Made by a program: the position numbers and the translations under genes. 64,000 nt of DNA from the human T2T-CHM13v2.0 reference genome, Homo sapiens. Of the stretch, positions 25,481 to 38,640 are shown in pieces. The number at the start of each line of letters is the position of its first letter. Within the stretch, counting starts at the first letter, position 1. The stretch lies in assembly GCF_009914755.1 (NCBI RefSeq), contig NC_060942.1. One strand, given 5' to 3'. The notes below the pieces were generated by a model. The model saw only the letters and a list, made by a program, of their open reading frames with translations, was not told the origin of the DNA and did not search any database.

Positions 25481-28285
25481 GTAATCAACTTTTATGAAAG
25501 ATTCCGAGGATTAGAAGAAACAAGTAGGTTGACTTGCTCCATGTAGGGATCAACTTATGGACAGAACATATGTGATTGCAGTCATTGTGGAGCTTGTTGT
25601 AGCCAGAGAGGCAGACATTGTATGGGAGCCACCAGTAGAGCATGAGATGACACCTACTTGAGGCCAAAGTCACTTAGGATCAAACATAACAGAATAGGAG
25701 CTTTGCGGGGGCACTGAGGGCATGGAAACGCCTGCCCCTGCCCAGGGAAGGGGCGTGCAGCTGAGACCTGAAGGACTTGTCTGGGCACTGGGGTGGGGCT
25801 GGCCCAGGAGGACTTTGCTGGCCATTAGTATTATCTGGGGAGGAAGCTGGGCCCAGGAACCAGGGTTCTGTGCAGCTAGAGGGAGGGAGACACCAGAGGA
25901 AGCTGATGCGCTCAGGGCTAATAGGGGCCAGACTTGAAAGGTATGTTGAGGATTTTGAACCAAGAAGAAGGGGAAACCAGTGAAGGTTGTAGCAGAGAAG
26001 CGACATGGTAAGATTTGTGTCACTCTCTAGCTTTGTGCCTTGATAAAATGTTTAACTTTCCTATGCCTCTGTTTCCTTAAAAACACTGAAGTCATAAATC
26101 CTACTTTGCGGGGCTGTTGTAGAGAAAATGAAGGAAGCCTCTCTGCTCCTGTCTGCGGCGCACAGCTTGGTGAAGCGTCGCTCCCTCACTTACCTGGATC
26201 CTTTATTCACCTCAGCCCCCTGAGCCAACCCCAGGTCACGCTACGGAACCCTGTAGGTGGGCAGGGTGTGGAGGGGGAGCTCATAGTTCTTGGGTGTACT
26301 GCTCAGTTTTCTTTGGTTGTTTGTTCTATAATTGGGGTGGTAGAACAATGCACATAAAATGAACTTTCTTTCTAGACGCTTACACAGACATCCCCTTTGT
26401 TAGCTCGGGGTGACCTAACAAAGATGTGGAAGGGTGGGGTGAGTGCCCTAAGTGAATCCCAGTGGCGGAACCGGGCCCGTCCTTGCCTTGCCCTGCTGCC
26501 ATCCCTCTTATTCTCTTGTGACTGCTTGACTCAAGACTTTCCTGTTGGAGCAGCTTCTTCCCATTGCCACAAAACTGACATCCAGTGGTTTCTGTAATGT
26601 ACTTAGCAATAACAAAGGACTTTCACTGATCTCTCATGGCCTGCTGATCCAGATGCTGGATTTCTTGCCCTGTTATTTGAGGGTGTCTGAAGTCGGTGTA
26701 GCATGTGCATGTCACCACCCTTTTCTTGTGCTCTCTGGCCTCTTGCTCACTCTCCCTTGGCTGTTTGGGCCATGCTGCAGGAGGGGCATACTGGGTGGGC
26801 ACATTTGCTCCACAGGAACCTGCTTTCATGTAGCTCCAGCTTGTAGTAGGTTTTCTCACCGATGGTTCATTAATTGAGGGATCATGATATTCCAGGCATA
26901 GAGCAAAAAGCAAAAACACATACACAACACATAATGTACTATAATGGGTTGCTAAGCAAATATTTGAATATAGCATTTCAAGTATAAATAGGGTTGTAAT
27001 AAATCAGAGTTGCTGAGAATGGTATTACATGGGTTAAGCATGTATGTTATTCCTTTCTCAAGTAGCAAATGGAGTTGCTGGGTCCCCCTTCGTTTCTTTC
27101 CTGTGCCTATTGGTGCCAATATAGAGCTACAGAAAAATGCTTTCGTAGGCTAGGATACTTAGCTTTGAGGCTGAAGTCTCCAAAATAAAGGAAAAACTTT
27201 CGCAACAACGGTGATGATGTTATTCGTTGAGGATTGTTTTATTCCTTCATATAAGAGTTGACAAAGGTATTCCAGGGCTCGAGTTATTTCCCACCTCATA
27301 TGCAGATTCTCCATATTCTCAGAGACTTCTGCAGGATGGCAGGATTGTGTTAGAATAAAATCGGTTAGACTAAAAATAGATGATCTTCATTTCCAGATTT
27401 GGATGCTCCATGTGTTGGGTTGAAGATCGCTGTGGTGTGGATCTGATGGCTGGATTAACTGCCATGCCCTCATTAAATTAGATCATGTGTGAAAGTTCTT
27501 TGCAAACCATTTAGTGCCATGCATTTCTAAGGTATTATTAATATAAACTAGAGGAAAGGAGCTTGTGATTCTTATGTCCACCAGAAACTTTTTTGCACGA
27601 ATCTCCCCTGCAGCAGGGAAAGTGGCTTTTGAAGCTGTGAAGTGCGCTGCAGTCTCACAGGTGCTCGTTATCAGAGAAAAGTGAAGATCATCAGCCTTGG
27701 CTATAGGAGGTCTTCTTTATCTTGGATGATCTGGCAAGATTTTATATTTCTTCTGTTTGTTTTCTATCTGAGCTAAAGATTGATGCCAAACATGGAGGAA
27801 AGGCTGGGAAAGTACCTACCCCAGCATAGCTTGGGATCAGAGAGCTAAACAGGAAACCCAGTCTTGATGCGAATCAAGCATGACTGGAGAACAGAAACCC
27901 AAGACTTTCCCTACTTTGACCGGTTTGTAAGAAATCTTTTTAATCTTTCTGACCTGAAGTTTAACATTTTAAAGATGTTAGTCATTTCAGAAACGTGCTT
28001 TTTATAAGGCAGTTGGTGCCTGGGCCTCCAGTATGTTTTTATAGGGACCTGCTGGTCCACGGGGCGGCTGGAGCCCTGAGTCTGTCTGCCTTGGTGCCCA
28101 TCTGGGGCGCTTCCTCTCCATGCTTGTCTGGCAGTCATGCTTTCACCCACAAAGCCTCAGTGGGGACCAGATACTCAGTAACGTACTTGGCTGATATGCA
28201 TGTGTTTCTCATCTCCAGCATCTTATGAGAATCCACTTCTTTTCGAGGAATGAAAAAGTGTTAGATCATATTGCAATATCCGTAT

Positions 28286-28616
28286 TATTTTGTTTTATTT
28301 ATTTATTTTTTATTTTATCTTTTTTTTTTTGTTTGAGATGGGAGTCTCACTCTGTCGCCCAGGCTGCAGTGCAGTGGGACAATATTGGCTCACTGCAACC
28401 TCTGCCTCCTGGGTTCAAGCATTCTCCTGCTTCAGCCTTCCAGGTAACTGGGGCTACAGGCACATGCCACCATGCCTAGCTGATTTTTTTGTACTTTTAG
28501 TAGAGACGGGGTCTCACCACATTAGCCAGGATGGTCTCGATCTCCTGACCTTGCTATCCACCTGCCTTGGCCTCCCAAAGTGCTGAGATTACAGGTGTGA
28601 GCCACCATGCCCAGCC
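28286..28616 (-). mobile_element. Alu, antisense (AluSc/Y-like) with T-rich tail
   Basis: gagatgggagtctcactctgtcgcccaggctg...ttagccaggatggtctcgatctcctgacc...gagccaccatgcccagcc. Confidence 0.96.
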
Positions 28617-31600
28617 AAAAAATCCATTTTTTAAATTTACAGCCCAGAGAGATATAACTAATACATTTTTATTTTCCTGAGAATTCTGATTCTTCTTAGG
28701 CTGATATTACGTTAATAGTGATTTTAGCACATTGCAGTTCTCTTTCTTACAGCTGTTACTTTATGTGTGAAGCATTTATTTTCCATCTGAAGGATGAGTT
28801 ATTTGTCTGAATTGCTGCCCTATTGAAATTTCACAGTATTTTTGAAGGGAACTGGACCATGAAAACACAGTTTGTTTGTCACCCATAAGGCGTAGAAATG
28901 CATATACTGAAAAGAGAATGCAAATAGCGATAGACTTTGCTATTTAAATTACCAGACTTAAGATATTAAGAGTTTAGTTTTGAATTTACATTATTAGTTG
29001 ATCAATACGTTAGACTGTTTGGTGAAATTTTGTCACAGCTGCAAAGCTAAAAACTAATGTTGGAAGAACGAAGTCATGGACTATTTCCCGTGAAGTAACT
29101 AGAATGAAGCCCTTAGTGTGTCGGTTGTCGTAGTTCCAAACCTACAGTCTGTTCTCTTGCTGTGTACAGTATGTACCTCATGGACCGCGAGCCCAATAAT
29201 TGGGACCCTGAGGATAGCGTGGGATTAGTGTTGAAGAGTCACTATTACAGTGACTATATGGAAAGTTTCCCAGCATAAAGTGACACTCTCGTTCTACTGA
29301 ACAGTTTTCCCCTTCGAATTTCTACAAATTATGCTAGATATTACCTGTATCTCATCCAAAAGAATGTGGATTGCTACCAGAAATAAACTAGGGTGTTAGG
29401 AAGTAATATTTCCCCCCTTCTTAGTTAGCATGTCACCTGAAGTTCAAAAGTGGATTATATATAATCCATCTAATTATACGAGGCGCCTGTAGAAATGTGT
29501 TTAGTGTTTAGTTCTTTTGATTAAAGTGCTGCTTGATATTTACATCCCACCAAAGGCACCTACTCAAAATGTAAGTAAGCTTACTAGCTTTTATGTTCTT
29601 ACAGGAAATAAAATCTGTTACTAATTTTTTTAATTTAAAAAGTCTGTTAATTTACACCGATTTATAATTTGTCTTGGATTCCTTAGCTGAGAAGTATAGT
29701 TCATCACTGACTGTTCTATTACCTGACAGCAATTGATAAAGTATCCATGCACAAAGTGTCAGAAAAGGTTAATATTTATTGATTTTTATGGTGCTACAAC
29801 CAGTGTAGTTTTGCCATCAAAGATGTATGGCCACCAGCAATGGAATCTGTAGAATTGCAGGATGCACACTAGATTTTATTCTAACCTATGCCAGTATTCT
29901 AGATTTTTTTAAATGACAGATGTTTAACTAAATACAAAAAGCCCTAAATGTGCAGTGACTCTGAACCTGTGACTTGAATTCAGTATTTTAATATGAAAAA
30001 TAAGAACAGCACTTAAAATCTAAAAATTCATCCTTGCTTTGCAGACAGCAATCACATTTAGCTTTTTCTTCCACTTAACTCTATGCTGTTGATCCGAATA
30101 GATGCCCAAGCAAGTGATAGCTGAGATTATGAACAATAAAGAGCTTGCATCTTTATAAACAAACTATATAATTAGCAGAGAAGGGGGGAAGCCTCTGTTT
30201 ACTTTTAAAGGAGTTCCAAAGAAGCAGTTTGAGTGCCACGTCACTATTCAAGTATCTGCAAACAAAAAACCTCAGGGCCCAGAATCATGCATTCATTCTC
30301 TGGTTGCAGACTGGGGATAGAAGTGAGGAGTGTGCATTTTTTTGTTGTTGTTGATTTCCACCTGTATTTCCCTGACAGAAATGTACTCCTTGGTTTACCC
30401 ATAACAGCCAGCGACGACTCGTATGCATTTGCTTGCCTGAATATACCCACAGTTTGTATTAGTTGCCTATTTCCAGTAGTTAACAGGTGAGATAAGACAG
30501 TTTATGAATTACTTTTTTAACCCGGGTAGAAGTGTATCAAAACCTGTTGCCTTATCTTTAAGACCCTGGACTTGTAAGTGTGAATCAAAACTAAAACTCT
30601 CCACCTGCATTTGAGATTTTTAAAAGCGGGAGTTGGACTTTATTTCTGCAAAAGATCTAATGAAAAGTCTTATGCTAAAAAAAAATCTATTTGGACCAGC
30701 AGACTGGATTGCCGTGTGTCCTATAAATATATTTTAGGTTGCTTTTTGTCGGTATCACATTTTTCTGTTGATGTTTCTTCCAGCAATCTGTGCTGGTTTT
30801 TGTTTTTCCCTCCCTTGCAGACAGCTCGCCCATTTTATTGTGCTTATTTAGAGAAAAGACAGAGTTTGGCTTCTCAAAAAGGAGCATACATTGCCTGGAA
30901 AATTACTCTCAGAGCTGATTTTGTTTTAATATGTCGCAGTTAGAATTCTAAAATAGAAAAAATAAAAATTCCTGAACCATGTTTTAAAAGCCCTTGACAG
31001 TATGAAATATTTTCTGTAAAGATTTCATTTTCTCCTGATTTTATTTTACTTACAATATTTTTAAAGTTTTCTTCAGAAATATCAGTGTCGAATGAACCTA
31101 ATTCTTTATACACATCTGCTTTCTTTATCTTTAACAGGTTTGTCCTTATTTTTTTCTTTTCTTTCCTCTTACCCAGGCAAGGTGTCATACAATAACATAG
31201 TAATTAGAAGTCTTTCTTAAGGAACGTTTCAAATGCCCTCTAGCACTATTGTTTTTCATTTCAGTACAACCTGGTTTTTGCAGTGTCATAACCTCAAAGC
31301 TGTCTCCCCGACATCTTCACTGATCACCCTTAAAACTGTGGGTGAAAACTAAGTGACAGGCCTCCGTAACGCTGCATTTCAATACTGCTGCCACAGCCAT
31401 TCATTGCTGCCCATAGCACCGTCACCCCCAAAGTAGTCATTACCTCAGTTATGACTGATGTCTCAAGGTGGTTTGATGAGATTATGAATTAATTTATCAT
31501 ATGTGTAAGCTGTACTATCTAGAGGTACATAACAGAAAAGCAATGAATTACATATGCAAGAAAAACCTTTTATATAACAAACCAAAGTGGAAAAAGAACC

Positions 31601-34600
31601 ATTTTAAACCATTTACTCCAATTTAGAGAATCATTTTCAGGTTTGTGACTAACAGTATGATTGAATATGGAATTTTCAAATTCCACAAAGCGAGATTTCC
31701 TGTGAGAATCAGGGAGGTTGTGTGATTCTAATAACCATGGCATTTGTTCTCTGCCCCATCCCCAGGAAAAGCTAACCACATTTTTCGCAGCACTCTCTTT
31801 GTGCTTTGAGATACTCTGTTTGTGCATGTTTGATTTTGATTTTTAGTAATCAAATTAACCCTTTTAAAATGTACTTTATTTTGTAAATTGTTAAAAAAAT
31901 GAATCACAGGGGAGAAAATATTTTGACCACACTTTACAGTGATTCATTTGTCTGTTTACTTTGTGCATGTTTTAGTTCAAAATCAACAATTATAGTTGAA
32001 AACATTAATATATATTTTAGAACAATTTATATTTGTCTTTCTTTTTTCTTTCTTAGATTGAAACTGAAAACTGACCATGATTTGAATGATTTGATTTGCA
32101 TTAAAAATTAAATATAAGAAAAAACTAAGCATAAATGTGGCAGATAAAACAGATTTTTTAAAGTAAATATAATGACAACATATCTTGGGAAATAATGATT
32201 AAAATAACATGACAGTCATAAGCTTTATCTTTGAACAGCTGATCATGCTGCTTTGAGGATGTGACTGTTTCAGTACATTTTACTGAATTCCTTTTAGAGG
32301 AGTTTAATCATATGAACTGATAGCCTTTCTGGTTAATACTATTAGAGTTCTCAAATAAGATTTCTTTTTAATGGAAAAAAGCATTTTTCTTTTGGTCATT
32401 GAAGTGAGGGTTTCTAGTCTGTGTGGTTTATCTTGTCAATTTGACTAGTAGAAGAAACAGGTCATTGTGGAGAAACCTAACAGATGACCGCCTCCTGTTC
32501 CACACCAGACTATGCTGAAACCGTTCAGTTCACCAAGAAATTACCCTATTTTTTCTCCTTTTTATTTGCATAATCTTAGAAAAAGGACAAAAGCAATTTT
32601 GTGGGGTTTTCTAACAAGGCTCTTTTATGTAGTTTGCTTCCTCCCCTCCGCCCAGTGAATAGTATTACCTAATTTTAGCTGAAATGATTCCTGGTTTCAT
32701 TTGACCTGGGAGAAATAAAAATATTATGAAGTAAGAGGGCCCAAGTTCATGATGTTTTCCATGCCACCTTCAGCTGAGCTGCTTCTTACTTGCACCTAAA
32801 TTGGGAATTTCAAAGTATCATTTTTGGTAGTGCTGAATTTGGCAGGGTACATAAAGAACTTCAGTGGAGTGGGATGTGAAACGGCATCATTTAAATTAAA
32901 AAATAAATTTTAGGACGTGAAAGTAACGGAAGCTCAAGTCAGGCTGCAGCAGCAAAATGCAGGTTCTAGTGCACACTGAGCGCCTGCCAGAGAACAAAAC
33001 ATCGGCTGCTCTCTCCCCTCGGAGGGAGGAGGCATCACACTAGCGTCCCAGGTACCAGTGCTGTCATCCTGGCAACGGTGCCAAGATCAGAGTCAGCCTC
33101 ACTCAACTGATAAAAGCCCTGTACAGACAAACAGGTAGGCAGGACCTGTGCGTGTAGCCCACCATTTTCCTTCAATGAAAGTGAAGCGCTAAGCCTCTGT
33201 CTTTCAAAGAACAGTGGGCTTTCTCCCTGCGCCTTTTGTTTCTACTTACTTCCTCTCATTTCTTTTCTCCATTTCTTATGACCTCTCAGCTCCCTCTCCT
33301 TTTTATTGTCTTTTACACAAGAACACAGAAAAGTGCTGTAAATTCACACCTTCAAAACCAAGGGTCAAAGAGAAAATGACTTCAGAGGTAAAATAATTAA
33401 GCATCAAACACAACAGCAGAACCCAGGATACTTGTCTCCGGGCCTTCATTGGGCAGGAGCCTGTGGAAAGTAGGAGCTGCTGATCACCATTTGAAAGAAG
33501 GTATCTTTGTCTCTTATAGAGGCTACTATTCTGTTCTGCTTGCTGCGTCTGTTAGCTTATATTGCTTTAACTACTCAGAAGAGCAAATTCTTTTCATCAT
33601 CCTTTGTACAGCGATTGTCTTTAATGGGAGCTTTTGCTCAGTAGCGGCTTTTTTCACTTTATGTGCCATGGGAGTATCATATCTTACTGTTATTTATTGT
33701 AACCTGCTGCTCGTTAATACAAGTTGTCCACTGACATTCACCTGAGCTTAGTCTTCATTACTGAGACTGCTCCGTCTATTTGTAAAACAACATGTTCCAG
33801 ATTGCTAGTTTTTAGCTGACTTTTTTCCCTCATTTCTTACACAAAGCTCTGTGTAAAAGACAATAAGTATCCATAGACATCAGCTTTGCAGTTTCGATTC
33901 TATGGAAATCATGAGTCTAGTTCTGAATTCTAATGCAGTAAATGTTGAATCCCCGACACTACCAAGTTAATTTATCATTTTTACATGTGATTCTGAAATA
34001 TTTTTATCTGTATTGAAAATTATATTTCTTAAAAAAATAATTCTCTCTCATCACATCCATATGACATCAATCCTAAGGAAAGATCAAGTTTACCTTTTAG
34101 GAGAAAGAGGACAGATATTTAAGAAAATATGCTGGGAGTTTAAAATAAGCTTGTGTAAGAATGCTATGTAAAAATACAGATAACTAATTAGAAATTAGAG
34201 AAAACAACAGTTAGAATGTCTGGCCTTAAAATAAGATTTCAAATTAGAGTTAATGTATTCCAAAAATAAAAGTCAGAAATAAAGAAGAAATACTAGAACT
34301 TTTAAGGTGTTTTATATAAAGGTTTCATTTCAGTATGCAAATTAGACAGCACACTAGTGTGTAAAAAGAAAGGACAATCTAAAGCTTGGGAAGCAAACTG
34401 TGGAAAAATCAAGGAAGTCTACAGCCAGCCATGGTGTCCACTTACAAAAACAAACAGAGAAGAACGCGAAGAAAACTAGAAATGGAATTGTGTGGCTAAT
34501 AGGGCAAGAAAATTTGAGATAGTACAGAAGAAACTATTTATGATATTTTCAGTAGGTACATTTCTTTCTGACAAACACACATTTGAAATAAATATTTATA

Positions 34601-34922
34601 ATGAATGGTTGGAAATTTGTAAAAAGTAGAGGCATATTAGCAAATGAAAAGCCCTTCGAACTATGAGCTAGTGGGTCTGGAACCCAGGCATTTTGCTCAT
34701 GGTCAGGATTCAGGGGAATCACTTAACCTCACTGTACTTAAGTTTCCTTGAATACGAAATGAAAGAAACAACTTTATATTAATAGATGAGCTTGCTGGCT
34801 CTTCCTGCTGTCATACACGATAATTCTGTAAAATTACAAATAATGCTAGATCACAACCCTAATCTCCTGGTAATCTCTTTCATGGTTTTCATTTGTTCAC
34901 GTCTTTGAGATTATGAGGAAAG

Positions 34923-34992
34923 CAAAATCCCTGTTACTGAAATATCAATACTTTCCTCAAAATCCCTGTTAGTAAAATATCAGTACTTTTCT
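34923..34992. repeat. 35-bp tandem duplication (2 diverged copies)
   Basis: CAAAATCCCTGTTACTGAAATATCAATACTTTCCT followed by CAAAATCCCTGTTAGTAAAATATCAGTACTTTTCT. Confidence 0.9.
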
Positions 34993-37819
34993 GAAAGGTG
35001 GCCCACACTTTTGAGGGAATTAGAGGGAGGGTTTCTGAATTCCCAGGTTAAGAAGACCTGATATAGACAAGTAAAGAACAAAGCCTGAATCCTTAAAGGT
35101 TATTTTTTACAGGAGATTGGGGGTGCTTCTGTGGATAAGCAGTGGTATTCCCTGCTGCTGAATAGATGGCATGACTCTGCCGAGGTGCCACAGTCTCCAG
35201 ACCTCTCTGAAATAGGAAGGTCAACACAAGGGCAGGCACTCTCAGACCACAGCTGAAACCCACAGCCTGTTTGATATGACCTAGTCCCTCTTGGATTCAA
35301 TTCAGAGAATTAAAATGTTCAAGAAAAAACAATACTGATAGATTCTTTTTAACCCCCCACTGGCTATGGTTAAGCTGATGGCTCCAGATGACCATCCTGG
35401 CTAATATTGCCTTCCCAGCAGCAGTAGAAGAGTGTTTGAGGCCAAATGGGAAATGGGTGGTGGAAGCACTGAATGGCCATAAGACATCCACTGAATGCCA
35501 GCTGCATACAGCAGGCAGGAGGACAGTGCTCCAGAGTCCTCTTCAGAAGCCAGTGGTGCCCAAGAAGGGCTGACTGACAATGATCTTGGAAATGTCCAGC
35601 TCACGTCTTCCAAAGCTGCCTGCTGCCGATCCAAACGCTTCAATATGTGGCTGCAAGAAAATGATTTAACTGCAACTTCCTTGATTCCTACCTACCACAC
35701 TTAATGCTTACATATTTTAAAATAGTAAGCAATTAGGTAATTCACAAGATGGAAAAATCAATGCAGTCTTAGTAGGTCCTCAATGAATTGTGGCTCTTGT
35801 TTTCATTATTTCTGCTGCTCACATGGAGGTCAATGCCCTCTTGAACAGTAGCATAGACCTTATTTAGAAGTCTCATTTATCAAGGTATGAAAACTTACAA
35901 GCAGGGCTGAGGTAGAAAGAAAGTGTTGTTTTGATGCTGATTTCCTCTTATCCAAGGAAGGAGAAAGTTTGGGTCACTGATACAATTGTTCTACCGTTAC
36001 AGATACCTAAAAATCTTGTTTGCTTTAATCTTCAACAAAATCATTACGATAACATTGCCACTTCTGTAAATGAAAGCTTCTGTAGGGCATTTCCTGCCTG
36101 TCTGTTTTGCTGCGCGTTAAGAAGCTTTGGAATTAAGTTCTCTCTAAACCCAGGGAGGTCTCCCATTTTCTTGCTAATGGGAATACTCCCAACACACATG
36201 CTTCATGCTCTCTCACCTGACTCTCCAGGGTTTTCATACTTTTAACAGGATATGGTTTTTAATGAGGCTTCTAGAAGCTTTAGAAACTTCTTTAATGATT
36301 TTGTTTTGACCTTTTGCTACTGCCTTTACTGGGACCGAATTGATTGTCTCAACTGAAAATTTGCTGCCAAAATTTGGATTTTAATATTTTCAGATGCAAC
36401 TTTTTTTTTCCTTTTGTTGATTCTGGAATGGGCACATATTAAATATTACAATGAAGAATAATAGTCTTAGTTCCCTTCATGTGGTAGCAGGGCAGCACAC
36501 AAGAGTCTAAATAACTTCTCTATTATGACCACTACTACTGTGATACCCCCAGTGCCTCCAAATGTTCAAATGTACTGAACTTTTCTTTTTTCTCTATGAT
36601 ACAGACATTTTAAATAGACGTAAGCAGAACATGTTCACTGCACCAATTACTTGTAAACAGTGGAAATCCCCACAAGGCAATGAGAAGGGAAGGCAGGAGT
36701 AACAAAGGCTTGCCCTTGGTGTGGGGCCAAGCCCTTCACTTTCTCTCCTCCCTGTTCTTGGTTTCTTGACTCATTAAGTCAACATTGTCCCTCTGTTGAT
36801 TTGCCTAAACTGTTTTGCACAGAGATCTTGTAGAAAATTGGCAAACTGCAGAACACTGAGCGTGAGTTCTCAGTACGTTCATGTTGACCCTTCTGCCTCT
36901 CACTGCCTCGTCTTCTCATTGATTGCATGCCTTTGACACACTGCTTTGCTGCTGCTTCCTTGATCATCATCATAGCATCCCTAGATTGCTTAACTACCAG
37001 AAAATAACCTTAAACATGGCATTTTTATTTCAAAATTATTTTATTTCCTCTGTTGTTGAGCTTCATATTTGCAGATTTATTCCCTCTTTGTATGTAGGTT
37101 TTAATCTAAATCATTAACTTTGATTCATTTTCATAGTCTGTGTGTTTTTTATGGGTATTAATTTTTAGAAATAACTTACTTTCTAAATGAAAAGTAAAAT
37201 AAGATAATTTCTAAGATTATGATTTTTGGAATATTTAACAGATACACCAAAGTTAATTGGAGAATAAAACCATCATACAGAACAGGATCTGACAAAAAAA
37301 AAAACAGTAATTCTAGGAAACTTCTGATCGTACTTCATAGAGCAGATGAAAACATACTAAGTTAGAAATTAGAAAATACATACAAAGTAGTGATCCCTGG
37401 CACAGCTCTATGAAGTATTGCTAGAATAACTGCAAAGGTGTTGCAAGCAGTTTTCTCAGCTTCTGTCATTCAAAAGTAAGACCCCTGCCCCTTATTACTA
37501 ATGAGGCATCAACAGTTATTGATCAGGAGCTTGGGAGGCAAGGAGAAGAAAATACTTGATTATTGCAAAGCAGTGACTAACTCATTAAAAATAAAAGGAC
37601 TAGATAACTTAGCAGTGAATTTCCTCAAATTTATGATACTCTCTATGAACCTTTGGTAGCTAATGAGTATCTTGCAATTGGCCTGTGCTGGGCACTGTGC
37701 TCTATGCCATCCCTGATATTATCCCTTTAATCCCAACCACAGCCCCTGGTGCTGCGCTGTCATGCTCATGGAGAAGCACTTGGGCACAGGGAGTTTAGGA
37801 ACTGGCCCAAGTTACCCAC

Positions 37820-38640
37820 CTGTTTACTGCCAAATACTTGTCGAGCGCTTTCTGGGTAGCAGCCACTGTTCTAGATCCTGGAGACAGAGGCTAACCCTCA
37901 GGGAAAGATAGATGATAAGTAAATAAACTAACTACTGTGCATGGTAATGCCATGTTGGGAAAAGAGGCAGAAAGAGGAAGACAACCAGAGAGAATGGGAG
38001 CAGGAAGGGGCTGGACGATTGTGCATACAAGGTTAGGGAAAATCTCTCTTAAGAATAAGACTTTTAAAAAACAGTTTTATTGAGGCATAATTAACATAAA
38101 ATAAATTGCACATATTTAAAGTGTACAGTGTGATGTGTTTTGACAGAAGTATAAACCCTTGAAACCATGGCCATAATTAAAATAATGAACACATCCCATT
38201 TCTCCCAGAAGTTGTGAGGAAATGGCAGATATCTGAATGAAGGGAAGGCCAGGGCCGTGAAAATGTGTTGGGAAGAGCACTGCCTGGAATGGTTGACGGA
38301 ACACGAGGCCAACATGGACTTGGCAGAGCCGTTGGTGATGGAGCAGTGGGAGTGGAATGGAATATGGTCATTTGGGCTTGGAGTGAAGAGAGAAGTAAGG
38401 TAGACCACACAGGGCATGTAGAGATGTTTCTTCTGACTCTGACGGAAAGCCATAGAATGACGGTGAGCAAGAGAGGAGCCTACGTTGATTTGTTTTTTGC
38501 AAAAAGTCACTCTGGCTTCTAGGTGGAGAAAGGACTGCGTGGAAATGAGACGTCTTGGCAAGAGAGAGTGATCACTTGAATGAGGGTAGTGGAGGTGATG
38601 AAAATGGTTGGATTCAGGATGTCCTTGTCAAGGGGACATT
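37820..38640 (-). mobile_element. L2 remnant interrupted by a short L1M 3'-end fragment (about 38070-38213)
   Basis: L2-like ccaaatacttgtcgagcgc...ccactgttctagatcctggaga flanks the L1 antisense tail agttttattgaggcataattaacataaaataaattgcacatatttaaagtgtacag. Confidence 0.6.

Noticed and set aside
30795-31180. Strong-looking splice acceptors (TTTTTCCCTCCCTTGCAG ending 30820; TTTCCTCTTACCCAG ending 31176)
   Set aside because: No convincing downstream donor or coding signature; such tracts are common in long introns.
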